Shown here: positions 36,953 to 49,985 of the stretch, piece after piece
Numbering within the stretch: position 1 is the first letter of the stretch
Layout: every line of letters begins with the position of its first letter
The notes under the pieces: generated by a model
What the model saw: only the letters and a program-made list of their open reading frames with translations
What the model was told of the DNA's origin: nothing
The model's database searches: none
Position numbers and translations under genes: made by a program
Assembly: GCF_006345805.1 (NCBI RefSeq)
Contig: NW_021834402.1
Coordinates: 3,600-67,599 of the forward strand
DNA: 64,000 nt
From: Octopus sinensis
Lineage: Eukaryota
Direction of reading: 5' to 3'

Positions 36953-37752
36953 ATTTCGGCTTCCGTCTATTAAATCAACTTTCGGGGGTTTGGACAGCCT
37001 GAGGCTGTAGTAGAAGACACTTGCCCAAGGTGTCTCGCAGTGGAACTGAACCCGGAACCATACGGTTGGGAAGCAAGTTTCTTAATACACAGACGTAGGA
37101 GTGGATGTGTGGTAAGTAGCTTGCTTACCAACCACATGGTTCCGGGTTCAGTCCCACTGCGTGGCACTTTGGGCATGTGTCTTCTACTATAGCCTCGGGC
37201 CGACCAAAACCTTGTGAGTGGATTTGGTAGACGGAAACTGAAAGAAGCCCGACGTATATATATGTGTATATATATTATATTAAATTTGAGATAAAACACT
37301 ATTAGGCAAATCAGACAATGAAAAACATAAGCCAATACATAAAATTAATTAATTTATATTATTTTAAATATATATCAAAAGTATTAAAAGTTTAATAAAA
37401 GATAATGAGTAAAACACTACGATCGTTTCATGGCTGTCCAATTCGTAATAATTCGAGTTATGGTTACAGTCAATCTTCAGGTAATTGAAATATTTATCTT
37501 AGCGAGGTTTGGGTTAACAATGTATATATATGTACGTGTGTATATATGCTTGTGTTTATTCCCCCAACATCACTTGACAACAGATGCTGGTGTATTTACA
37601 TCTCCGTAACTTAGCGGTTCCGCAAAACAGACCGATAGAATAAGTACTGGGCTTACAAAGAATAAGTCCTGGGGTCGATTTGCTCGACTAAAGGTGGTGC
37701 TCCAGCATGGCCACAGTCAAATGACTGAAACAAGTAAAAGTGTAAAGAGTAA
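36953..37752. mobile_element. Head-to-head SINE-A pair: 5' fragment on minus (36953-37093) and full copy on plus (37095-37752) with an AT-rich insert
   Basis: Both heads are recognisable and meet with almost no spacer. Confidence 0.75.
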
Positions 37753-38587
37753 AGCGAGCCACGCCCACAAGTGAAACAATGTAGGGTGTAGTACGCTACT
37801 GAATTTAAAAAGTTGCATCAATTCTAAGCAAACATGCGAGTCAATGGATTTCAGCGATGATATCTCCGGTTTTGTTTCATTTTTCTTGATGGCGGGTGAC
37901 TTATTGGCCAGAATGTTCCACTCACTGTCGTAAGTTCATCAATTCATGATACTCCTGTCCCCTCTGCTGCAAATAAGTTGTAACTATAACTGCAAAGTTA
38001 ACCCTTCGATATATCAGCTCCCCGTTCAGGAACGAATGTATCCTCAGTCACAAAGGTCATCGAAACCAAGATAAGATTCAGCCTTCTGGGTCCCAGGTCA
38101 CACGATAAAGCTATCTCTAAATCTCTATTGTTCCAGTTTCATAAATATGAACATGTTTTGTTTACAAATTATAAAGGACAAATTCATTATCTCATAACCG
38201 GCGCCATCATTTACTTTGTACAATGTTATAACTTCTTCCCTTCTGTTAATCTCATGCTACAATTGTTTGATGTTTCTTCTTAAACTTTTGTTCACTAATT
38301 TTTTTCTTATTAATTCATGATATACATACGCTGTACTCTAGAATTGATAGGCGAAAGTCTATTTCAACTAAACTGCAGGTCTTTAGCTAAACACAACAAG
38401 CTAATAAGGAAATCAGTAATTTTAAATCATTCCATATTAAAACGGACTGAATTGCATTCATCGTCAAAAGACATATGATAGAATACGTCATAGATTAAAA
38501 GATGCAAACCAAAAAAGTTAATTTTCTCCTTTAGTCTTAAGACCCTTGTCGAAGTGGTGTTTCATTTATATCTAAATACATATCTTA

Positions 38588-38910
38588 CTCTACAAAGAGA
38601 CAGACTGGCACTCCTTCGCTTACGACGACGCGGGTTCCTGTTGATCTAATCAGCAGAACAGCTTGCTCGTGTGATTAACGTGCAAATGGCTGAGCACTCC
38701 ACAGACACGGTTACCCATAACGTAGTTCTCAGGGAAATTCAGCGTGACGCAGATTGTGATAAGGCTGGCTCCTTGAAATACAGGTACTAATCAGTTTTGC
38801 CAGCTGAGTGGACTGGAGCAACGTGAAATAAAGTGTCTTACTCACAGCTACAACGCCCTGCCAGGAATCGAACTCACGACACGAATACCTTAACGATAAA
38901 GCCACGTTCC
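38588..38910 (-). mobile_element. SINE family D with the same 3' module as family C
   Basis: CAGTCCACTCAGCTGGCAAAA core joined to the GTACCTGTATTTCAAGG...GGAGTGC module. Confidence 0.75.
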
Positions 38911-39119
38911 TTCACAAAGGGGCAAATACTAAACTTAAAACTTCCGTGGAAGATGTATTTTCAGTTTCCTTCTAAAGAAATACTAAATATGTTTCCTCCT
39001 TTCCCCCCGATCCTGAACTCAGCACTGATTACTTTTAACTTCTTACCCGGACTATATTATGGGTGGCTGAGAAGAATATTGCTTCACCATTTAAATATTT
39101 TCAGTTCTCTTCTGAATTT

Positions 39120-39480
39120 CGTCATCAGCCAGATGCCCTCCCTCTGACCTGGATTTGGCTTGCTAAAACTCTTCCATTGGTTTGCTTTGTGCTGCCCTAC
39201 TTACAGTCTGCAAGGCTCTTGTTTCTAGCCCCTTCTTTAATACCGTCAGCCCACAATCATCTTTCATGGACTCTTCCTCTTTCCACTCCACACTATTTGT
39301 CAGGATGAATTTTAGCACTAACCCATGTCGCATTTTATGATCAAAATATAGTTTTGTAAACCGAACCTCGACAACTATCTTTGAGCTTTCAGCTTTTCTA
39401 TTTTTGTAACGTTTATTATTACCTTGTCTCTTGAATATGCGAAAGATTCGCATCTCTAAGGCTTCTATTTTCTCCTTCAA
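39120..39480 (-). mobile_element. Decayed RTE-clade LINE ORF C-terminus
   Basis: Cross-frame peptides KIEALEMRIFR..., LYFDHKMRH..L.K.IL, ...RGR...LWADGIKE resemble the RTE motifs KIEAFEMW.YRR / YFGH..R / W.D.IKEW. Confidence 0.55.
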
Positions 39481-40274
39481 TGCTGTTTACATAGTCCAAG
39501 TTTCTATTTCTTAGAGGAAAATTGATATAATATAACAATTTACAAGGCTGCAACGTTATTCAATTATCTTTCTTATAAATGCTGCTTTAACCATAATTAT
39601 TCTTTGACTAATATCTACACAGTGGACTCCCTGACGATATTCGCTAAACATTTCCCCCCCAATTTCATTTTGCCCTTGTACTCAGCACCTTTTTAATCTT
39701 AAACTGCTCCCACTGCTTACACTTACCCACTCTAGTATTGAAGGCTTGGTAGAATACTGTATCAATAGTTAAGCATATAACCTATGCGAACAAAATATTA
39801 CATGTTGACATATAACTTCCTTTATGGAGCTACATCAATAAGCCTAGAAAATGTACTCTCCATTATAAATGTTTAAACGACATATAAAAGAATTAGGAGT
39901 AGTGAGAAATAAATTTATCAGTAGTAAACTAACCAGTTAAAATATCAATGACATAAAATAACCTCTGGAAAATAAAGAGAAAAAGTGTATCATATTTATG
40001 TAACAAGCTAATTGGGAAGTCTTTCATAATGGCATGTTGTACATGAAAAAGCACAAATGTCAGCAACAAAACAAAATTTTAATGTTAAACGTAACTCAAA
40101 TTTATATGGAGATACACAAGTATAGCATCAAAATTAAGAGAGAATTTAATATAAATAGTTAAATGGTTATTGTTATTGTTTTTCTCTCTCAAATATATTT
40201 ATGTATATTCGAATCACACTCGTTTTGAAAGCAGTTTGATGAAGGATAACGTATGTTTAATATATGTACAACAA

Positions 40275-40530
<256 letters not shown>

Positions 40531-40764
40531 TATATTCTAATACATTTCACATTTGATGTGATGTTTCACGTTTATAGGCATTCACATCTAGAAACAAAAG
40601 TGTATGGCCATTTCGATTTAGTTTGAATGCAATTCAGCATAAAATATACTGAATACTGTTAAGTGAAGTGGAAAAACATTATTTATTCAAATCAAAGCTG
40701 TGTATGTATCCGTGTGAGTCGATACTCGGAATTTCAAGTTACCAGTTTTTAAGAGAGTAATACA

Positions 40765-40811
<47 letters not shown>

Positions 40812-41353
40812 CACACACACATATATATGTTATACTCATACACACATGCACGTATATGTATGCACCGAAAATTTTTTGTGGTTTTGTGGAGATGAAATAT
40901 ATTTCGAATAATTTAGATTTTGCGGGTATAATTTCCATCTGATTTATACACAGAATTGTAGAAATAGTTGCAGCAGTTTTATGGAACATAGCTAAAAAGT
41001 ACACAGCTGCTGCTGCTGCTGCTACTGCTGCTCATGCTGCTGTTACTTTTAATGCTAAAACTTGTAGGATCTATCAAAGCGTTCTGCTAATCACGATGTG
41101 TGTTTAAATGAAACGTTTTGAAAAGAATAAAAAAACAAATATGTTGGTGAGCTCGTTTGATATTCTTGTATGCTGAAGTCAAACAGGCAGACATAGAGAA
41201 ACTCAATGAGATTTTTTTGTTTTCAAAAAAGGGAACAGGAAAGAAGCGGAAACAACTGTTAATGAAGGAAGACAACAGCTGTCAGATAAAGGAGAAAACA
41301 TAAGTGCAAAGAGCAACGCATAACATTTATTATATTGTTACTAACCCTAAATT

Positions 41354-41930
41354 GCGAGGTGGCAGAATCGCTGGGACGCCAGGCGAAATGCTCAGCGGTA
41401 TTTCGTCTGCCGTTACGTTCTGAGTTCAAATTCCGCTGAGGTCGACTTTGCCTCTCATCTTTTCGGGGTCGATAAAATAAGTACCAGTTACGCACTGGGG
41501 TCGATATAATCGACTTATTCCGTTTGTCTGTCCTTGTTTGTTCCCTCTGTGTTTAGCCCCTTGTGTGTAGTATAGAAATAGGTATCTCGTTCTGAGTTCA
41601 AATTCCGCTAAGGTTGACTCTGCCTTTCATCCTTTCGGGGTCGATAAATTAAGTATCAGTTGAGTACTGGGATCGATGTAATCAACTTGCCACTTCCGCT
41701 AAAGTTTCAGGCCTTGTGCCTATAGTAGAAAAGAATCGTTAGTACGCTGGTCATATACTTTGCGGCATGTCATCCGTTTTTACGTTCTGTATTAAAATTC
41801 CGCCGAGGACTGCTTTGTGTTTCATCTTTCGAGGTCGATAAATTAAGTACCAGTTGAGCACTGAAGTCACTGTAATCGACTTATCCCCTCCTGCGAAATT
41901 ACTAGCTTTGTGTCAAAAATTTGAGACCAC
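41354..41930 (+). mobile_element. SINE-B body nested in an older B' SINE (41354-41733), followed by another B' copy
   Basis: Junction AGAAATA|GGTATCTCGTTCTGAG at 41580/41581. The downstream unit ends in the B' tail TTTCAGGCCTTGTGCCTATAGTAGAAA. Confidence 0.75.
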
Positions 41931-42034
41931 ATTTGTTACTAACCCTATGCGTTATTTTAAATCAAAGCTAAACACTAACATCAAAGTTTTTCCTGTCATT
42001 AACACCGTAAAAAATATGTTATGAAACTATATGA

Positions 42035-42380
42035 AATAATAGCACTCAGAGAGCGCAAACCTCCGCCAAATCAACAGCAACGTCTTCTCAACGGTTAGCC
42101 AGAGATGATTTTCAAAATGAGAATATTTAAAATGAACCCAACCGCTCTTAAAAATGAAGTAAAAACACCAGAAAAATAATCCAAAATCCTTGTCCAGAAC
42201 CGGATCGATCCCAAAACTCTTATCAGTTCGTGCTAGTCACGAGGCCAAACATCCCCGAAAGTTTCATCCGAATCCCCATCGAGTGGTTCTCGAGATATCT
42301 CTTCCACAGACAAACAACCAAACAAACAAACAAATACGACTAAAAATAATACCTCCCCCGTCGCTAAGGCGGACGTAATA
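42035..42380 (+). mobile_element. Non-autonomous Helentron/DINE-1-like (HINE) element
   Basis: Sub-terminal inverted repeat ACCTCCGCC (about 42059) / GGCGGACGT (about 42368), an (ACAA)n tract near the 3' end and AATAATACCTCC...GTAATA. This layout is typical of HINE elements. Confidence 0.55.
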
Positions 42381-42998
42381 ACGCAACGAAATAATTTTCA
42401 TAAAATATGGAATATCTAGGGGGTCTACTAACATTTATACCTATAGTTGTGACTGTAAAATATCAGTGCAATTTTTGGGGCCAACGATCGCTGCTTTCTG
42501 CACAACCAATACCATCTGATAATACTTGGAATTTAATATCAATCTCAATGTAATCGCTTGGTATCATAACACATTCATTTTCAAAGATATTTTTAAAGAA
42601 CATCTGTATTTCTTCAGCATAAAATATATTAACATTTTTTTTTCATACGATAAAAAAAGAAACACACATACACACACACAAAGGCATACGCTATAATGTG
42701 CCACCCCGCGGCAAACAGATGCGTAAGAGTAACGTGTGCATATCTCCAGCTGAAGTTACAAAAGTGTACAAGAATTCGGGTAGATGACGTTATATTTGAT
42801 TTGGTGTAATTAATGAGATACGTGAAGAGCAGGATTTGTGTAGCCTGATGGGATTTAAATAACACTGAAATACATACATACATTTCTCCTCCCCCTCTCT
42901 CTCTCAATAATTTGCTTTCTCTCTCTCTCTCTCTGCCTGTACATACATAAATACTTACATACATATATACATACATATCTACATATACATTTTTGTAC

Positions 42999-43073
<75 letters not shown>

Positions 43074-43339
43074 AACTTACTTGGAGAAGAGAAAAGAGAC
43101 ATATACATATATATATATGTATTCATATATATATATATACATATATACATACATGAGAATAATCATAAATATATGTGTATGAGTATGTATATATATATAT
43201 TCGTGTGTGTGTGTGTGTATACATATATATATATATATATATCTACATACATATATATGTATGTATGTATATACCGATATATACATTTATATACGCACAC
43301 ACACATATATATACATACATACATACATAATATATATAT

Positions 43340-43392
<53 letters not shown>

Positions 43393-43716
43393 GCATATAT
43401 ATAGAGAGAGAAAGAGTGAGCTGTATAGATATAGATATAGGTATATATACATACTTTGACACGAAAAGCTGCAGAGGTCGAATATATCGTACAGAGTATT
43501 AGTAGTGGAGGAAATAGATGCTGAATCTGGTATTAAGAGCTGAAATTTCTATAGATTTGGAACCATTCCAGCAATCCATGTCGCATCGGAAGTCAAAGCA
43601 TTCATACATTTCTTTGCGTGAATAATTTCTTTCATAACATTTCTTTGCTTTGAAAGAAGAAAAAATATATATATCAGGAAAAAAAAATTCATGAATATGT
43701 GATACAAATTTATGTG

Positions 43717-43781
<65 letters not shown>

Positions 43782-44228
43782 TGTATGCATGTGTGTGCGC
43801 GTGAAGGTATGTATACATATGTATATATAATATATTAAATATATATATATGTGTGTATGCATGTGTGTGCGCGTGAAGATATGTATACATGTGTGTGCAT
43901 ATATAATATGTTAAATATATATATATGTGTGTGTGTGCATATAAATTGTATATATACATATATACATATGCATATATACATTCATACGTGCGTACATATG
44001 AGTATGTATATATAAACATTTAGTGTGGGTAGTGCGCGTAGGTGCGTAAGACGTAATAAATTCTCACATTCACACACACATACCGCACACACACACAAAC
44101 ACACACACATATATATATATAATGATTAGATATAAATATAGCTATAGGTATACACATTATATATGTATGTAACCAACTGTATGTGCATAGTACATAATAT
44201 ATATATCCACCCTCTCTCTATCTCTCTG

Positions 44229-44264
<36 letters not shown>

Positions 44265-45059
44265 CATACATATAACCATATATACATACACACATATATT
44301 ATATATATATATATTTACATACACATATATGTATGTGCGTATATATATATATATATATACATACATATATATATATATTACACACACACATGCACACAAA
44401 TACTCGCATATTGGCATACCGTCTTTGTAGACATACGGAAGACCCACATACAAGCGCTCACTTATATATGTTCTTGTTCATAGTATTCCATAACTGAAAG
44501 TTTCCTAAGCCTTCTAATAAAACATCTTTTCCATTTCTTTCTATTTTAGCAAGCAGAGGATTTCAACTAGTAAGTGAACGTTTCATTATCTATATACTCT
44601 TAATTATCGTTTTTAGATATTGTGTTTCTTCCCTTTTGTCGTTCCATAATTTTCTTGTTTGGATTTTATCGGTTTTGTTTTTTCACCAAATTTATACTAA
44701 TGTAACATTTTAAAATTGCAACAACTGCCTCGCTTGTCACTCATTATTGAATTTAGCACATTCTTTCTTAACAAATACGATGTTAATATTTGCAGCCGGA
44801 ATTTTTAGAAATATATAAAAAAGAAAAAGAATAAGTATCAGAAAATGTTAAGGCTGTGGAACATCTTGAGCAAGTGCGCTCTCCGATAGCCAGGTGCTTA
44901 CGAATGTCTTGTGGGTGAAATTGGTCAACGGAAACATTTTCCAATCTTTGATGCGATATATATAAAAAAAACATACACACACGCGCGCGTGCACTCACAC
45001 ACATGTGTATGTATAGAAGGCACATATGAGGGGTGTAAGAAAGTTTTGCGCCTTCAAGG

Positions 45060-45235
45060 CCTTCAAAAGGGCCAGCCTTGTCATACACTGTTTCACGCTG
45101 AACTTCTCAGAGAACTACATTAAGGTTACACGTGTCTGTGGAGTACTCAGCCACTTGAACGTTAATTTCACGAGCAAGCTGTTCCGTTGATCGCATCGGC
45201 TGGGACCCCGTCGTTGCAACCGACGGAGAGCTCCA
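45060..45235 (+). mobile_element. SINE family C/D 3' module
   Basis: Matches the 3' module of 36258-36641. Confidence 0.7.
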
Positions 45236-45309
45236 GATTTTAGTCGAAGAAATCGATCTCTGGCCTCATTCTTTGTTAGCCGGGTACTTATTCTATCGTT
45301 CTTTTATAC

Positions 45310-45540
45310 GGCGGCGAGCTGGCAGAATCGTTAGCACGCCGGGCGAAATGCATAGGCGTATTTCGTCTGCCGTTACGTTCTGAGTTCAAATTCCACCGAC
45401 GTCGACTTTGCTTTTCATCCTTTCGAGGTCGATAAATTAAGTACCAGTTACGCACTGGGGTCGATATAATCGACTTATTCCGTTTGTCTGTCCTTGTTTG
45501 TTCCCTCTGTGTTTAGCCCCTTGTGTGTAGAAAAGAAATA
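45310..45540 (+). mobile_element. SINE-B monomer inserted in a SINE-A fragment (about 45240-45650, minus)
   Basis: Perfect 17-bp TSD TATTCTATCGTTCTTTT at 45289-45305 and 45541-45557. Confidence 0.9.
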
Positions 45541-46179
45541 TATTCTATCGTTCTTTTCTTTCGAACTGACAGGTTTACGGGATGACAACACACCAACATC
45601 GGTTGTCAAGCAATGGTGGGATGTGTGTTTGTGTGTGTGTGTGTGTACGTAAGTGTCGAAAAATAAAACTGAATCCTTGACGCTGCATTTGTGAATAAAA
45701 TTTCCTTCTTTATGTATTAAGGCAATCATTGGTTTCCTGTTAAGAAAAATATCATAATATTTCAACAAATTTTGAAGCCGATCAAAAGGAGGAATGGTGT
45801 TCCTATCCAATTTGGAGTCTTGTCGAACAGTAATTTTTCAAATAGACTAAACATCCAAAAATGCAATCCTAGATACCACAAATCTGAAGCAGAGAAGACA
45901 CGAAACAAAGGCCTGGCGCTCACTTCTATAAGACTTTTGGTCATATGTCCGATCGATCATTGAACATCAGGGACTGAATCACAAAAGATGTACCGATCTC
46001 CATATTTCCGTTGTATCTTTAACAGAAAGACGGAAGTGTAGCGGTGGCGTTATGGTATACGGCATATCTAGGGAAATTTTAGAATTAAACGGGACCCTTC
46101 CCTGTCAAGGTATGAAGACAACCGATCTGTCCATGAATAATTTGATAAGAAAAAGATAAAGATGAAGGAGAAGAAGGAA

Positions 46180-46550
46180 GATGAAGAAGGAAACAAGAAG
46201 AAGAAGAAGAGGAGGAGGAGGAGGAAGAAAAGGACGGAGAGGAAGAAGGAGAAAAAAGAAAAAAAGATGAAGAAAAAGAAGTAACGAAGAAAGGGAAGAA
46301 GAAGAAGAAGGAGGAGGAGGAGGAGAAGAAGAAAAAGTCGATGATGATGATGATGATGATGACGACGACGACGACGACGATGATGATGATGATGGTGGTG
46401 GTGGTGGTGGTGTAATGATGATGATGATGACGACGACGACGATGATGATGATGGTGGTGGTGGTGGTGGTGGTGGTGGTGATGATGATGATGATGACGAC
46501 GACGACGATGATGATAATGATGATGGTGGTGGTGGTGGTGATGGTGGTGG

Positions 46551-46580
<30 letters not shown>
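46180..46580. repeat. Compound (GAA/GAG)n-(GAT/GAC/GGT)n trinucleotide tract
   Basis: Directly visible. Confidence 0.95.
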
Positions 46581-46581
<1 letters not shown>

Positions 46582-46932
46582 AAATTTGTAATTTTATTTA
46601 AATATACAGAGAAGATGAAAAGATAAGACTGATGTGAAAAAAGAACTTTAGTCGAGAATCGAAGCGAATACAGCACATCCTTTTATCTTCCGCTCTCACG
46701 ATTTTGTCAAATCGCGTTAATGAAGTAGCTACTGGTGACTCGATGTGCTGATGAACCTTACGTTACTCTTGTATCACAAATTCACTCTCTTAGAAATAAT
46801 GGTTTCAAATTCTGGATTAAGGCCCTCAAAGTCCCTGAAAGGATAAAACGTATGTTAGGCCTCGATTGTATCTGAACTCAGAATGAAACGACGGAAGAAA
46901 TAGCGCAAAGCTGCTGCTGATGATGATGATGT

Positions 46933-46981
<49 letters not shown>

Positions 46982-47214
46982 AATAATAATAATAGTAATA
47001 ATAATAATAATAAACACTTAGAATGATGCGGTTATAGTTTCTTTGCACATCTAAAACCTCGCAGGATGGTCATGAATAGAATGTCTTCCACGAAACAACT
47101 GTTACAAACAACTACAACCATAACAACAACAGAAACAACAGAAAGAAAAACAAGGAAGGCAATTAATAATCAAATAATCTCCTTAAATAAAATCCACAAC
47201 CACGACTGTATGCA

Positions 47215-47700
47215 GGCATAGATGTGTAGTAAGAAGGTTGCTTCCCAACCACATGATTCCGGGTTCAGTCCCACTGCGTGGCACTTTAGGCAAGTGTCTT
47301 CTATTATAGCCTGTCATTTGTCTCTTTCTCTCTCTCTTTCTTTCTCTCACACTCCTCTCTTCTTTTCTCGTACATACCCTCGGACCTCACAAAGCCCTGT
47401 GAGAAGATTTCGTTGATGGAAACTGAAAGAAGCCTGTCATATATATATATATGTATGTGTGTGTGTGTGTGAGTGTGTGTGTGTGTGCATGTATTGATGT
47501 ATGTATGTCTGATTGTGTTCGTGCCCCCAGCATGATTTGACACGTGATGCTGGTGCGTATATTTCACCGTAGCTTTTGCGGTTCGCCTAAAGATATCGAT
47601 GGAACAAGCGTTGCGTTCAGTCGATTCAGGGGAATGAAAGCTTTCAAGGTGGTGCCCCAGCATGGCCGTAGTTTAATAACTGAAACAAGTATAAGATAAA
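47215..47700 (+). mobile_element. Degenerate SINE family A
   Basis: Head, interrupted body and CAGCATGGCCG...CTGAAACAAG tail. Confidence 0.7.
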
Positions 47701-48259
47701 AAGCAGAGGGACATAACCGACTTGAAAGCAACTCAGCCCGCCGTCCAACCAACCAACCCACCAGCCAGCAAACGAACGAACGAACCAGCCAGCCAGCAAG
47801 CCAATCCGCTAGCCAGTCACCAGACCGGCCAACCATCCAGCTAGCCATGAAACCAGCCGACAAACCTACCAACCAGCCATCAGTCATAGCACTTCCACCA
47901 TCTCTTTAACTTTGGAACTGTCCGTCTAAGTTACGTGTGATAATCTTGGCTCTTATATATAATACAACCAGAGGGGCCGAGATGTTTTTGGATTAGATTG
48001 ATAAAGATGACGTTCTAATGAGATCCTAGACGAGGTTAGTTACATCTGTGGCCTCTATGAAAGAACCAGATGCGGCCGCGGGCTAAATAGAAAGTATTAT
48101 TTCTGAGTATGGCTTCATAACAAATTAGTCGGTCTTTGTGTGTTTTTGACGAGTGTGTGATTTGATAGTTGTTGTGTATGTCTGTGTGCATGTGTTTGTA
48201 TTTGTGTTTGTGTTTCTTTGTGTTTGTTGTTGTATGTGTGCGTGGGGGGGATGTGGACA

Positions 48260-48623
48260 GAATGAGGAGAAGGGGAGAGAGTGGGACAAAGAGGGAGAGT
48301 GGAGATAGAGACAGAGAAGCAGAGAGAGTGTGTTTGCGTGCTTGCTAGGAAGGGAGATTGTGAGAGAAAGAGAGATAGAGACAAATGACTGTGAGAGGGC
48401 GGACAGAGAGAGAGAGAGCGAGAGAGATGAGACAAGAGACAGTGAGAGGGTGGAGAGAGAGATGAGGGAGACAGAGACAGGAGGAAGGAGAAGAAAGACA
48501 GAAAGAGACATATATAGAGAGGAGGGAGAATGAAAGAGAGGTGAGAGAATGTGATAGAAAGAAATTGAGAGAGAAAGAGAGAGAGAATGGAAAGGAAAGT
48601 GTCTGCTTTGTTGTGTATACGAT

Positions 48624-48659
<36 letters not shown>

Positions 48660-49060
48660 CGAGAGCGAAAGAAAGAGAGATAGAGAGAGCGAGAGAGAGA
48701 CATATAGACAGACAGACAAATATGGATAGAATGTGAGAGAGAATGAAAAAGAAAATGTCTGCTTTGTAGAGTATACGAGAGAAAGAAAGAAAGAGAGAGA
48801 GAGAGAGAGGGAGGATGGACATATAGAGAGACGGACACATAGATACACATACAGATATACAGAGAGAGAGAGAGAGAGAGAGTGAAAAAGAAAATGTCTG
48901 CTTTGTAGTGTACACGAGAAAGAAAGAGAGAAGCAGACAGATAGACGACAGATATATAGATAGACAGACTGATACACAGAGAATGTGAGAGGGAAGGCAC
49001 AGCTGGGAAGAGAAAGAGGTAGAGAACTAGAGTACGTTTGCGCGAAATAAACACGAAGAG
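48260..49060. repeat. GA-rich low-complexity tract with three ~140-150 bp super-units
   Basis: The motif GAAAATGTCTGCTTTGTAGTGTA(C/T)ACGA recurs at about 48595, 48750 and 48890. Confidence 0.8.
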
Positions 49061-49586
49061 ATGAAGAATAATACTTGGAAAGAAAGACCAGTTAAGAACG
49101 CTTAGTGTAGATGTACTTGCATTTCCACACATGACTTCGATTTTTTTATTTTTTGTAGACATTTTTTTCTTACAATTAAAGTTTCATAAATAACATATTT
49201 TCATATATAATATATATTACATATAATTTATATACATTCGTTTGGTTTCTTTTGAAACGTCTATAAATGCGGTAGTCGTAGGTTTTATTCTGATTTGGCG
49301 AACTGGCAGAATCGTTAGCACGCCGGACGAAATACTAAGCAACATTTAGTCCGTGTTCACTATCTGAGTTCAAATTTCGCCCAGGTCGACTATGACTTTC
49401 ATCCTTTGGCGATCGATAAAATAAGAACCGGTTGAGTACCGGGGTCGATGTAATCGACATACTACCTCCCACAAAATACTGCAAAAATCTGTGCCAAAAT
49501 CTGACCAAATTATTTACAGACAAAAAATCACGATGCTTGTCTTCATAACGCATCTGCCAGTCTTACGATTTCAGGAAGTTTAACTA

Positions 49587-49749
49587 GGTGCAGGAGTGGC
49601 CCTGTGGTAATTAGTTTGCGTACCAACCACATGGTTCCGGGTTCAGTTCCACTGCGGGGCACTTTGGGCCAAGTGTTTTCTACTATAGCCTCGGATCGAC
49701 AAAAGCCATGTGAGTGGATTCAGTAGATGGAAACTGAAAGAATCCCGTC

Positions 49750-49784
<35 letters not shown>

Positions 49785-49985
49785 CGTGTTTGTGTGTTTG
49801 TGTTTGCCTCCCCCTCCCTAACATCCCGCGTTACGTCCCCGTAATTTACCGTTTCGGAAAAAGAGACCGATAGAATAAGTGCTAGGCTCACAAAGATTAA
49901 GTCCTGGGGTCGATTTCCTCGACTAAAGGCGGTACTCCAGCATGGCCGCAGTCAAATGACTGAAACAAGTAAAAGACTAAGAGTA
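49587..49985 (+). mobile_element. SINE family A
   Basis: Full-length copy. Confidence 0.85.
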
